A stretch of 64,000 bases of DNA from Octopus bimaculoides (taxonomy: Eukaryota). Where the stretch lies: assembly GCF_001194135.2 (NCBI RefSeq), contig NC_068984.1, positions 23,470,551 through 23,534,550 of the forward strand, written 5' to 3'. The translations under genes were made by a program, and so were the position numbers. Below, piece after piece: positions 37,323 to 48,746 of this stretch. The first letter of the stretch is position 1. Each line of letters begins with the position of its first letter. The notes under the pieces are model-generated. The model made no database searches, had not been told where the DNA came from, and worked only from the letters and a program-made list of their open reading frames with translations.

Positions 37323-40300
37323 ACGCATTTGTTTATTTCAGGTAAAGGTCAATTGAAAGACTACTATAGTAAACAGCTGGACCAGAAACCATGGAAACAT
37401 ATCAGTGTTTGTCTACCATGGCTAGAAGCTGAAGATTACCCTACACTACTTGGTAAGAACTAATAATTCTGTAATAATCTCTTCTAAATTGCTTCTAGGG
37501 GGTAAATTAGAAATTCAAACTAAATTAGATGCTACATGCTATGCTTACATTTTCTTTGGTCAACTGAGGTACTTGGAATGCTGGTCCTCTTAGCAGAACA
37601 TTAGCATATATTTACTACATTATGTGGAAAATGAAAAATACTTATTTAGGTTTAATTGTTCTTTCTGGTACATTATCACTTGGTAAGAATAATATTCAGA
37701 CTGGATTGTTTAACTACAGAACAATGCCAATAATGCAGAATTGTTGAAACACTAAATCTAAGGATCAGATTTAGTTGTTCAATCAACTACCCCAGGTGTC
37801 ACAAAGCTGTGCTGACTGGGGCTACACAATAACAAGCTTATCTATAAACTTCATGCTATCATGTTGGTAAATTAGATACCAATTCTCCCTTATAAGAAAT
37901 CTCTACTCTTATCTGATTGAACTTGCCTGGACCTGCCTGAGTCAGTCAAGCCACCTGTAATCCTGTTTATAATCCTATATCTGTACAGAGCTGGTTGATG
38001 AAGACATTGCTGGATGGCTGACCCATATCTATACATGTCTATAGGATTGTATCACTAATGACTTCCTGGTTAGTTAAGTTTGTTTTTAACAAACAACCTC
38101 ATGTTGTATTATTATTCCTTCTCTTTCAAAAATACCAATTTGTACCAGATATATTTAGGGGTTTCCGTTTTGAGTTGAGACCAAAAACTTTAGTATGATT
38201 TAATTACTCATTTTATATTTTCTTGCATTTTTTGAGAGCTTTGTTAAAGATTTTAATTTAAATAAATTCTTTGTTTTATTTCAGGTTGTGCTGATGTAGG
38301 AGTCTGTCTGCATAAGTCTTCTAGTGGCCTTGATCTCCCTATGAAAGTAGTTGATATGTTTGGCTGCTGTCTACCTGTGTGTGCTATTAATTTTAACTGG
38401 TAAGTTGGATCTGATGTGGTACATACATGTGGTACATACATGTGGTACATACATGTACAAATATATGATTTTCGGTCATGTGTGTACATGATTAGTTATA
38501 CAAATGAAAGGGAAAAGGTTTTCAACATATGTAGTGGAGTTATTCATCGAAAACAAATAATTTTGTTGCTAATTTGAGTTTCCCATTTCTTATTAAAATC
38601 TGTTACGTTACTTATTGTCCGATGTATGCTATAAAAACAGGTAACCTCTTAGTGATGGAGTGTCGGGTTTCAGTGAAATAATGTTTGTGTATGTATTAGT
38701 CATCATTTTATCTGGGTGGTTTTCCATGTTTGCATAGGTTGTGCAGGTTTTTTCTTCAGTATTCAGCCATATATTGCATTTCTTTAATATTTCCTTTATG
38801 AGATCAGTTTTTACTACATCGTCCAATGTCTTCCTTGCTCTCTCTCTCTCTCTCTCTCTTTTCCACAGGGCCCTTCTTGGAGCACTTGGTACTTCTTTAT
38901 ACCTATTGGTGAGCCAGAAGGCTGCACTAAGCTCAATCTGATCTGGCAAAGTTTCTACAGCTGGATGCCCTTCCTAATGCTAACCACTCCAAGAGTGTAG
39001 TAGGTGCTTTTACATGCCACCGGCATGAGGGCCATTCAGGTGTTTCTGGCAACAACCACACTCAAAAGGTGTTTTTTACATGCTACCTGCACAGGAGCCA
39101 GTCCAATGGCACTGGCAATGACCACGCTTGAATGTTGCTTTTCACATGCGGGTAAGGCGATGCTGGCAACGATCATGCTCGAATGGTGCTTTTTACGTGC
39201 CACCGGCACAGGAGCCAATCTGTGGCCCTGGCAACGATCACACTCAGATGTGTTTGTGTCTTACCATTTTGAAGAAATTTTTAAAAACTCTTATTTTGAC
39301 CATATTTGTGTTCAGTTAAATCAAATTTATTTCCTTTTTTCTTTTAGTTTGTCAGAATTAGTAAAACATTGTGAAAATGGACTGATCTTTAAAGACAGTA
39401 AAGAACTAGCTGAAAATTTAAAGGTAACTATTATTTACTGTACAGTATTGTATTTTACAAAATATATATTTACTGTATGATATTGTATTATAGTCCATTT
39501 TTTGTATTATAGTGCATTGTTGTACCATTCAAAACTTTTTAGTCTTTACATACATATATATATACATATGTAAGTAGATAGATAATTTATACCTAAGAAT
39601 ATATTGGCTAAATTACATTTTTTAAATGTTAGGATTTGATTCGAAGGTGAATTGTCTGCTGTTTTTAGCAGGGTGGAGGTAATTCAAAGAAATGAACTAA
39701 TAAGGTGCAGGTGTGGCTGTTTAGTAAGAAGATTGCTTTCTTACGACATGATTCCAGGTTCAGTCCCACTGCATGGCACCTTGACAAGTGTCTTCTACTA
39801 TAGCCTCCAGCTGACCAAAGTCTTGTGAGTGGATTTGATGGACGGAAACTGGAAGAAGCCTGCATATGTATGTGTCTATGTGTGTCTATATGTTTGCTCC
39901 CCACCACTGCTTGATAACTAATGTCAGTATGATTATGGCACCATATCTTCGCAATTCAGTTAAAGAGACCAATAGAATAAGTATTGGTGTCGATTCATTT
40001 GACTAAAAATTCTTCAAGGCGGTGCCCCAGCATGGCCAGAGTCTAATGACTGAAACAAAGCATAAGAGCATTGGGGTCAATGTAATTGACGTACCTGCTT
40101 CTCCCAAAACTTCTGGCCTTGTGCCAAAATTTGAAATCATTATTATCATCACCATTAAGGTAGTGAGCTGTCAGAATCATTACTTTGCTGGGCAAAATGC
40201 TTTGCAGCACTTATTCCTGTTTTACATTCTGATTTCAAATGCCACCAAGGCCAATTTTGTTTTTCATCCTTTAGGAGTCGATAAAATAAGGATCAGTCAA

Positions 40301-40589
40301 GTACTGGGGTTGATGTTATTGACTTCATCCTCCCGTCAAGATTGCCGACCTTGTGCGAAAATTAGAAAGAATTATTGTCATCAACATTTCAATTTTAATT
40401 AATTTTTTTTTTTTTTGCTGGTTTTGCTTTTTCTAGGAACTTCTTACGGATTACCAAAACAACACTTTGCTAAAGAAATTACGTTGCAACTTAAAAGAAT
40501 TCCAGAAGGTACGATGGCACCATAATTGGAAGACAAATGTTGAACCACTTTTTATTGAGACTGATCAAAGCAATAAAAAACAGGACTGA
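21179..40589 (+). CDS. ALG1: ALG1 chitobiosyldiphosphodolichol beta-1,4-mannosyltransferase, complete gene span (13 coding exons, 1413 nt, 470 aa)
   Basis: Spliced ORF contains [38 protein letters not shown], [20 protein letters not shown], [50 protein letters not shown]; all introns GT-AG with compatible phases. Confidence 0.98.
22770..22960 (+). mobile_element. Decayed CR1/L2-type LINE C-terminal fragment
   Basis: Approximately xPHLEYA...[19 protein letters not shown]...[23 protein letters not shown]. Confidence 0.65.
23005..23209. mobile_element. TTAA-type 220-bp MITE
   Basis: Same family as 51246-51465; ends aatgctaaaggg|ttaa. Confidence 0.8.
24186..24266 (+). CDS. ALG1: ALG1 exon 2 (81 nt)
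   Basis: ttcag|GT TCA TCA CCC...ACT ACC T|gtgagt; [27 protein letters not shown]. Confidence 0.9.
25048..25678. mobile_element. TTAA MITE carrying two nested 220-bp TTAA MITEs (25109 to about 25313, and 25346-25564)
   Basis: Outer ttaa|cccacttgatacc ... ggtaacaaatggg|ttaa; inner copies start ccctttagcatt / ccttttagcatt; the second has a duplicated TTAA. Confidence 0.8.
26740..26843 (+). CDS. ALG1: ALG1 exon 3 (104 nt)
   Basis: tttttcaag|TG TTA CCA CGG...TTA CAG|gtaaat; [14 protein letters not shown]...HILLQ. Confidence 0.95.
27760..27908 (+). CDS. ALG1: ALG1 exon 4 (149 nt)
   Basis: ttag|AAT CCT CCA...AAA TG|gtaagc; [12 protein letters not shown]...[23 protein letters not shown]. Confidence 0.98.
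29578..29667 (+). CDS. ALG1: ALG1 exon 5 (90 nt)
   Basis: tgtag|G TTT GAA...ATT AA|gtgagt; [27 protein letters not shown]. Confidence 0.97.
30812..30922 (+). CDS. ALG1: ALG1 exon 6 (111 nt)
   Basis: tttag|G GCA CAC ACT GTT TAT GAT AGA...ACA AG|gtaaat. Confidence 0.96.
31459..31577 (+). CDS. ALG1: ALG1 exon 7 (119 nt)
   Basis: caacag|T AAA TTT...TGG ACA A|gtaaga; TRFT...[12 protein letters not shown]. Confidence 0.97.
33843..33881 (+). CDS. ALG1: ALG1 exon 8 (39 nt)
   Basis: ttccag|TT GAT GAA GAT TTC AGT ATT CTG...GAC A|gtaagt; (I)[12 protein letters not shown]. Confidence 0.95.
34590..34649 (+). CDS. ALG1: ALG1 exon 9 (60 nt)
   Basis: ctgtag|GT TAT GAG...ATA ACA G|gtaaga; [19 protein letters not shown]. 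Confidence 0.96.
36433..36770 (+). mobile_element. tRNA-derived SINE (further family)
   Basis: tgactcagtggttagagtg (A box), gagttcaattc (B box), ttgagcaagacactt core; similar heads near 1733 and 61290. Confidence 0.75.
36883..36917 (-). ncRNA. Minimal type I hammerhead-ribozyme motif (Penelope-like terminus), cleavage triplet GUG
   Basis: Minus strand: AUUU-CUGAUGA-A-GAGC ucc GCUC-GAA-ACGU-G-AAAU. Confidence 0.7.
37342..37452 (+). CDS. ALG1: ALG1 exon 10 (111 nt)
   Basis: tttcag|GT AAA GGT...CTA CTT G|gtaaga; GKGQLKDYY...[12 protein letters not shown]. Confidence 0.98.
38285..38399 (+). CDS. ALG1: ALG1 exon 11 (115 nt)
   Basis: ttcag|GT TGT GCT GAT...AAC TG|gtaagt; [32 protein letters not shown]. 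Confidence 0.99.
39348..39423 (+). CDS. ALG1: ALG1 exon 12 (76 nt)
   Basis: ttttag|T TTG TCA GAA...TTA AAG|gtaact; [25 protein letters not shown]. Confidence 0.97.
40437..40589 (+). CDS. ALG1: ALG1 exon 13, terminal coding exon (153 nt to TGA)
   Basis: ttctag|GAA CTT CTT...[28 protein letters not shown]...CAG GAC TGA; AATAAA signals downstream (about 40757, 40971, 41287). Confidence 0.95.
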   Translation, partial: ELLTDYQNNTLLKKLRCNLKEFQKVRWHHNWKTNVEPLFIETDQSNKKQD

Positions 40590-42150
40590 AATCATTTGTC
40601 TTTGTTGAAGATTTTTATTTCAAAACGTGAAATTTAAAAGGAATTAAGCCAAAAAAAATATAACCACTGCAATTGAATTACTGAGAAACCTCTTGGCAGA
40701 CATACTAACGGTGCTCCACTATCATATCAGATTAAAAAAAAAATTGAACTGTAATTAATAAAAAGTCAAAGCAGTCAATAAGCTGTGATCTTTAATAGTG
40801 AATCTTTTTATTTTAATTTGCCTTTCCAGTGTTTGCTATTAGTGTTTCAGGCTCTAGGGTTGTACAGCCTGCTTTGTGAGTCCTTCTTGCAGAATATTGG
40901 CCATCTAGAGAGAAGTATTTGTTTTGTCTTTTTTTCCTTTGTAATCTTACGATGAGATTATATCAGCTGAATAAATTGATGTACATTTATTATCTGTGTA
41001 TGTGTGTGAGTGTGAGTGTATAATGGTCCAGTAGATTATCAACAGCATGGTCAATGAGTTCAGATGTTGCTATTTCCTTTGTATTGTGCCTTAGAACAAG
41101 GCAGATTTTTCTATTTAACTCTACTCTCTCTGTCTGTGACTGTATAATAGGATCCAGTTTTTCTTTATGATTGAACACTAAGCAAAGGAGACATCCAGCT
41201 ATAAAAAAACACTTTCCTTAATAATATAAATGTCCAAATTTACAAACGCCATGTCTAATACTCTAGAAAATGGATGTAAAATTGTAAATAAAAGCAAATA
41301 AAACATCATGTTTGTTAAATTATTTTTGTTGTGTAGGTTTTGTTGGAAACCCATGATGGCAATTAAAATTGCACCAAGCAATTTGATGTTTTATCTCAGG
41401 ACAATAAAGTTCTTCCATCTCAATACTTAATAATCTCTTACAAAGCACAAATATACCCCGACAGTGCTGAAATATGGTTCTCTTTGTCACTCTTATTTTC
41501 AGAAATGCAATGAACCAGTGTTTTTTACTCCCATTGATGTCTTTTCTCCATTGTTTTCAACTCTAGGCTGTCTTTTCTGCTTCTTTCCAGTTGGTTTCCT
41601 GCTTTTTTCAGCTTTACCTCAGTATCCCACCTATAGTTATTTCACTATTCAGATTTTGCTGCATTGCACATATTTCTCTGGCGGGGAAGGTCTTCCTCTC
41701 CCAAGTCTTGTTCACTACCAACCTATCCATCCCACTATTTACTCTCATAGTCTGCTGCCAACACACCTTCATTCTTCAATTTCCACCCTACTAGCATCTA
41801 TAACTGGGCCCGTTCCCTCCCTTTAATACTTGCCCCTCCTTTCTCTCACTATTCTAGTTCCCCTTCGTTCTATAGCTTCAACATCCCTTAACATCTATTA
41901 TCAAACCAAAAAACAATGACTACCCATCTCACTCCTCCCACTTAACTCTCAACTCTCCACTCCCCTCAATTCCCTGATCACTCAGCTTTTCCATTTTCCT
42001 AATCTAATTCATATCTTCTTGCCCTTCCTTGCTTCAACACTCCTCCCCACCCCTATTGAGGTACCTACTTGCTCCCTCCAACCACCACTGCTTGCCTTTC
42101 TCTTCATCCATTCTACCTTTGAATTCCTCTGACTTGAAAAAATTTTCTCT

Positions 42151-42277
42151 CCACTCTGAAGATGAAGGCTGGATTTACCCAAGGTTTATATACTTCCATT
42201 ACTGGTTGCATATTTTTGCAAACTACATCTGCTCACATTATGAAATAACTTTGAGCTCCCAGAAACAGCTGTTGGAC
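42151..42277 (+). ncRNA. Degenerate hammerhead-like motif with long helix II
   Basis: ccact-CTGAAGA (42156-42162)...GAA-ACAGCTGT (42262-42272)-T-ggac: intact core strands and palindromic helix III; helices I and II eroded. Confidence 0.45.
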
Positions 42278-42813
42278 AGGTAACACAATACCTCCCCACT
42301 CTTTAATTTTCTGTGTCTTTGTACTCTGAGTAAGTTTGCTCTGTTAATATATAAATATCTATATATTTATACTTGAATATTCGTCACCTGAAAATTTTCG
42401 ATCTTTGTTTTCTCCCTATTTACATGTACACACATATGTATATTTTGTATATTTAACAAAAGCAGACTTACCATTTCACATTGACTCTTTGTTCCAACTT
42501 CCTGTCCATGAGAAAATTGCAGACTACAGCATACACATGATCATAAAAAAAAACAAATTTTACAACTTGCAAAGTAAAAACAGTGATGTCACTCAGCATA
42601 TTGCCTCATGAAGATCACTGCTAGCTCTCACTTTGCATGCAACTGTGTGCTGCCATCTGTTGACACACTACAGAACTAGTCCAGGAACTTTTTGATACCA
42701 CCTTCATATATATATATATATATGGGAGAATATACAAATAATAACAACAGACGAGGACAGGTGGTGTAAATAACAAAAGTATATATTAGTATGACGCTCG
42801 GGAATACGGAAAG

Positions 42814-42850
42814 TCTTTGACGTTTCGAGCTACGCTCTTCAACAGAAAGA
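42814..42850 (-). ncRNA. Minimal type I hammerhead-ribozyme motif (Penelope-like terminus), A6 changed to U
   Basis: Minus strand: UCUUU-CUGUUGA-A-GAGC gua GCUC-GAA-ACGU-C-AAAGA. Confidence 0.7.
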
Positions 42851-45269
42851 ATACGGAGACAAGGAGAAAAACACGGAGAAAAAAAATTGAGAAAGGCTTC
42901 TTTTTGTTTCCATCAACGAAATCCACTCACAAGGCTTTTGTAGAAGACACTTGCCTAAGTTTTCCACACAGTGGGACTGAACTCTGGACGATGTGGTTGA
43001 GAATACAATATGCAGGTTTTTATATAATTTCTGTTAAAGCTTCAAATTCTACATGCATATTCATGGATATGCTGTTTATCATCATCATCATCATCAGGTT
43101 TGGATGGTTTGACCAGAGCTGGAGAGCTGCACCAGACTCCAGTCTGATTTGGCATGGTTTCTACAGCTGGATATGCCTTCCCTAATGCCAACCACTTTAC
43201 AGAGCATGCTGGATGCTTTTTGTGGCACTGGCATGAGTACTTTTTATGCAGCACCAGCACAGGACTCTTGGAGGCTAATCCTCTTCAGCAGGGGGAGGGA
43301 CTTTAACACTTCTGCTGTGAAGTTAATATGCATATGTGTAGCTATGTGTATAAGTGTATGTATGTATGTATGTATATGGCGGTGAGCTGGCAGAATCGTT
43401 AGCACACCAGGTGAAATGCTTAGCAGTATTTCCTCTGTCTTTACATTCTGAGTTCAAATTCCACCGAGGTCGACTTTGCCTTTCATCCTTCCGGAGTCAA
43501 TTAAATAAGTACCAGTTACGGTCTGGGGTTGATGTAATCGATTTACTCCCTTTGTCCTTGTTTGTCTCCTCTGTGTTTAGCTCCCTGTGGGCAATAAAGA
43601 AACATATATGTATGTACATGTATGCTCATACATATGAGGATGTATTTATTTGCATGCCATTAGGTTGCATTCTTCATAGACTAGTTTGAACCTTTGATGA
43701 GTATTAACTTAGGCTGTCTCTTCACTGTAAAAATGGAAGTTAAAAGAAGAAAAAAATCTATAGTTCTGGGTTCAGTCCCACCGTGTGGTACCTTGGGCAA
43801 GTGTCTTCTATTATAGCCTTGGGTCAACCAAAGCTTTGTGAGTGGATTTGGTAGACAGAAAATGAAAGAAACATGCTTCTTGTGTGTGTGTGTGTGTTTG
43901 TGTCTCTGCTTGTCCCCCACTAGTGCTTGATAATCTGTTGATGTGTTTTTGTACCTGTAACTTAGTAGTTCATCAAAAGAGATCGATTAAATGAGTACCA
44001 GCCTTTAAAGAAACAAAGTACTGGGGTTGACTCATTCAACTAAAATAATATTCTTCAAGGTGGTGCCCCAGTAGGGTTGCAGTTTAATGATGGAAACAAG
44101 TTAAAAGAAAAAGATGGAAAAAGATAATGACAGAATGTCTTGGTAAAGAATATGAAAGTGCAGAGTGTGTTTTTATGGTTATCTTCTTTCGAAAATTTTA
44201 AAATCGAAACTGGGGTGTATTTTTGAGGTTGGAGCAGCCTTGACACTGAGAAAAGTTGAATGGCCATGGTTGGAATGCCTTTGATCATAGTTCTGCACAA
44301 TTAGGATTGACTTGAGGCTAAACAACAGTAAATTACTAGTTAGGCAGGATGGTTGTGGCTAGACAACAACAACAATAGTTATTATACCAATCAATAGAAA
44401 GTATATTTTCTAGATTTCCAAATTCAGCTCAGGTTTGGCTGTACTTCGTATAATTACATAACAAATGGAGCCATCAATTTTCCTTAGATATATTTACTAA
44501 CGCCTTTGTTTCTTCATTATGTCAATTCTAGATTTATTGCTTATTTCCAGCTGTATCTTCACTTCAATCAGTGACAATAATGATATAGATGTTTCAAAAG
44601 AAACCAATTTTCTGGTCAATTCTCTTCTAAGTCCTAAGTTGTTCAGCGGTAAATGGCTTTCTCATACTGATCTGTCCCTTTAAAAGAGGTTGTTGATGAT
44701 GATTTTGTTTTGTTTTGTTTTGTTTTGTTTTTGTCTTCAATTTGCATCTTATTTTAATGAATTTACTCCAGTATAGTATTTAACTATAGAACAATATAAT
44801 TGAAACATTCTTGAATTAAAAAATATTCCTTTTGCCTTTTAGAATTTTTAGAATGGTTATTTATAAAAGAATTTTATTTTGTTCATTATTTATTCAGTAA
44901 ACTATTCTGTGGAAACAACAGATGTAAAACTTAAATCTTTTAATACCAATCTACCTGAGACCACCTCTGGTTCTATCATATTAACTTTCTGTTTGAAAGT
45001 GATCTAAATTTAAATCTTCTTTTGAAACTTCATGCCATGTCCCAAATACTAGGTTAATAATGACAATATTATTTTATTAAATTTTTCGATATTTTCAAAA
45101 TTATTGAAACAAAGGCACTGTATTTCAATAGTATATGAATCCGAGAGAAGAATATGTTGAATAAAATCATAATTAACCTATGCACCTGTATTTTCTTTTA
45201 CCCAAAATCAAGAACTTTTCAATACTCCCTTGTACTTAACTAAGAGTAAGCTATTGTACATAACTTCCA

Positions 45270-46040
45270 TCAACCTGGGAAGAGCCTTTGACAGAGTCTT
45301 TTGTTTAGTGATTTGATGGTTTCTAAGGAAAGAGTAAATAAATGGCTTGTGAGAGCCATATATCCCCTGTACAGGGGTGAGAGTTAGCGATGAGTATAGC
45401 AATGATTTACTAACTATTGGTATTATAGGGGTCCACCAAGGTTCAGTACTCAGTGCCTTTCTATTTATCATAGTCATCCAGGGCATAATAGAAGAGTTTA
45501 AGGCTGAAATCCCACTGGACCTAGTTCTTATAGGATTGGAGAAAGAATTCCTGACAAGGAAGCAAAATTTAGAATCAAAGGGACTCAATGTTAAGCTAGA
45601 AAGACTAAAGCATCAGTAAGTAGAAAAATGGACAGGTCTATGCTACAATTAGAGAAATAGCCTTGCTCAGTATGTAGGCAAGGTGCAAGTAGAAATTCTA
45701 TACAGTGTACTAAAGGCAAACACTAGACACACAAGAGGTATCATGGTATCAAAGGCAAGTAAACAAAGAAAACAGACATTTTATGTTAGATGTGCAGAGG
45801 GAATGGAAATAAATGTTCTCAATGCTCAGGAGGATCCTGAGAGATAGTAGATAGCTTCTGTTACCTAGGTGACCTAATTAGCAGTGGTGTACATGTTCTG
45901 AAAGTATAATAAACAAAGTAAAAACAGGGTAAAGAAAGTTCAGGGAGCTACTACCTCTGTTGATAACAAAAGGTTTCTCTCTCAGAGTGAAAGGCAGACT
46001 GTATGGTGCTTGTAAAGGAACTGTAATACTACATAGTAGT
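45270..46040 (+). mobile_element. Decayed RTE-clade LINE RT fragment
   Basis: GVHQGSVLSAFLFIIVIQGIIEEFK...NLESKGLNV...EIVDSFCYLGD; same family as 54945-56240. Confidence 0.85.
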
Positions 46041-46755
46041 GATTTAACTATTATAACGATATACCAGTTATGTACTTAGTTTTCAGTTCCTGATTAATTG
46101 TTTTGAGGGATTTTTTTTTTAATCCAAGGAAAGAACATAACATATTTTACAAAGATAGAAAAAGCAAACAATAACAAATAGAAATAAAATAACAACCAAT
46201 CATTTATATTAGATAACAACGTATTCATATATCTTTTTTTTTTTTATTGACATCTATAAAAATTATACAATTTTGATACAATGAAGTATATTTTTACAAA
46301 GTAGCTCCAGACACAATGATGTTTTCACAAAGCGTTCAGTTTCATAATTTACTTCCCTCATTTTAGACAATAAGAAAAAAAAAGCTTGATTGATTTGAAG
46401 AAATTTACAGACTCTAAAATAATATTTGTCTATTTATAGCAATATAAACAGCAACAACAATGACAACAATGAGAACAATAATAATAAAACATAAAATATT
46501 ACAGTTTGTGAGTTCACATATAAGTTTCTATAAAGGTGGGAAAGAGAGGAATCTGATGTTTTAAGAATGACTCTTTGTTTGAAACAGAAAAAAAAGATGT
46601 CTAATTCTTTAAAATGATAAGTCAGTCCTGAAATATCAAATTCCTCTTTTCCACTCAGCATACAAACTTACCAAAATTCTCAAACCTCTGTGTAACGTTT
46701 TTTTTTTGTTTTTTTTTTTACTTGTATTTCATTTTATTTATTACAATGATGAAGT

Positions 46756-46841
46756 TTAATCATATTCAGATCCAATTGTAATGCTCAGGTCAGATCCAAC
46801 ATTCTTGGTGCTATGGAACCAAATATTTGTATCCAAAACAA
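46756..46841 (-). CDS. JmjC/cupin-domain protein, terminal coding exon (86 nt)
   Basis: ctctttcag|TT GTT TTG GAT ACA AAT ATT TGG TTC CAT...GGA TCT GAA TAT GAT TAA; (I)VLDTNIWFHSTKNVGSDLSITIGSEYD*; phase matches the upstream exon; supplies the distal His. Confidence 0.9.
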
Positions 46842-47907
46842 CTGAAAGAGAAAGCAGAAGGAAGCAGTTGATAAAAATCCAAATGAAAATCATCAATATG
46901 ATTGAAACTAATTAGTTGATGATATTTATGATATCCTTCTGGAATTTTAATTTAAATTACACAAAGAAATAATGAAGCCATTGATTTTTAGCCAGCAGTC
47001 TTTAAAATCCTACAAAAGAATTGAGGCCATTGCCCTGTACTCCGTTGATAAACCATAGAAATGTTTTGATCAAATTTAATTTACAGAAATATCTAAATAT
47101 GTAAAAGCACACACACACACACATGTACACACACACACATGTACACACACACATGTACACACACACATACACATTCTGGAAGGTTAACAGTAAAGGTGTA
47201 AGTGGAGTAGGCATTTTTGGCAAGAAAACGGGTAGGCAAAGTAACTGAGATAGTTAGAGTGTGTAATAGAATAATTAAACTAAGAACAGTCTGCAATAAC
47301 ATGACAGAAACATTTATCTCTACCATAATATGCAGCATAATCAGTACTGGTAGATGAACAGAAGAATAGTTTTCCCGAGGCACTCCTGCACACTACCTCT
47401 ATAAGAAATAGCACTGATTTCATGATCATAGCTGGTGAAGTTAATGAACATGCTCGGCAATTTGATGATGGCTTCTAAGGTGTACATAACAGCTGTGGCT
47501 AGGCTCAAGGAATGAGGAAAGACATAAGCTTAGGAGTTTTGTAATGCAAGTATTGCATCACAACAATTTGCAACACTGGCTACAGGGAACCTATCAGACC
47601 CCTGATAAACACCCAACCAGGTGAACACAGAAGCCAGAAAGTCATAATACTCACGAAGAAACTAAATAGACAAATGACTGCATTTTATGAAGAAGAACAT
47701 GCTCAACATAAACAAGAAGCCAGTGATTTTAGAGTAAGTGGTAGATAAATCCAGAGACTCAAGTAATTTAGAGAAGAAAGATCTGGAAGCATGGAGAGCT
47801 ATTGCTCAGTTTTGCATTAAGTGTTGTGATTTTAATTAATAAAAACTCATTTTCATCTCACCACCTTCAAGTACAGTATTCTGCACTTTGACCTCTCTCT
47901 CTGTATG

Positions 47908-47941
<34 letters not shown>

Positions 47942-47945
<4 letters not shown>

Positions 47946-48289
47946 GTGCGATGGGTAAATCGTCGCCATTTTATATTCTTAATTTCAGGCATGCGCATTG
48001 ATTGTTTTTGATTTTGTTGACTACACTGTATAGTAGGGTCAGTTGGGCACCATCTGAGAGAATAACAGCACCATGATGCAATCCACTCTGCCAGAAATTT
48101 GGAAACGACATGCTGTACTGCTTGGTATTCGTGTTGGAAACTCCAATATGAACATTTCAGAGTGTTTGGGTGTCAATCAGAGGACATGTACCAAGAGTGA
48201 TAAAAATCAAACATCCAGTCAACATCATGGTGTTTGGAGTGATCACTAGTGATGGCAATGTTATGCCTCTATTCATCTTCCCACACGGC
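47942..48289 (+). mobile_element. Internally deleted Tc1/mariner (maT/DD37D-like) transposon fragment
   Basis: TA|CAGAGTGCGATGGGTAAA terminus; MQSTLPEIWKRHAVLLGIRVGNSNMNISECLGVNQRT (HTH) joined to KHPVNIMVFGVITSDGNVMPLFIFPHG (catalytic-domain segment). Confidence 0.75.
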
Positions 48290-48514
48290 ATGCATATATA
48301 TATATGTGTATGTATGTACATGCATAGGTATATATAAATATGTATGCATACATATGAGTGTACTCACATGCACACACACACACTGACATACTTATATATA
48401 CACATGTGTATTCCGTTAAGAATATATTAGAATACAAAATAGAGCTCATTTACCCTTAGAATTATCAGATAGCCGGCAGTATTATGGTATACTACCAATT
48501 CTAGGCAATTATAT

Positions 48515-48627
48515 ATCACCTGAGGAGATACAACTAGATCTTGTTATACAGGAAAAACTGTTACTTAATTTAAATTCAAATCCTGTATGTATGTGGATCT
48601 ATGTTGTATCGAAACATATGTAGTGGT
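48515..48627 (+). ncRNA. Apparently intact type I hammerhead ribozyme with extended helix II and palindromic helix III
   Basis: AUCAC-CUGAGGA-[GAUACAAC UAGAUC...GAUCUA U GUUGUAUC]-GAA-ACAUAUGU-A-GUGGU; all core nucleotides canonical; predicted cleavage 3' of A48622 (GUA). Confidence 0.8.
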
Positions 48628-48710
48628 CATTAAACAGCTGGCGAATCATACTCCCGCTTCCTTTTGACTCTATTTATTCTTTCTTTTATATATATATATA
48701 TATATATACA

Positions 48711-48746
<36 letters not shown>

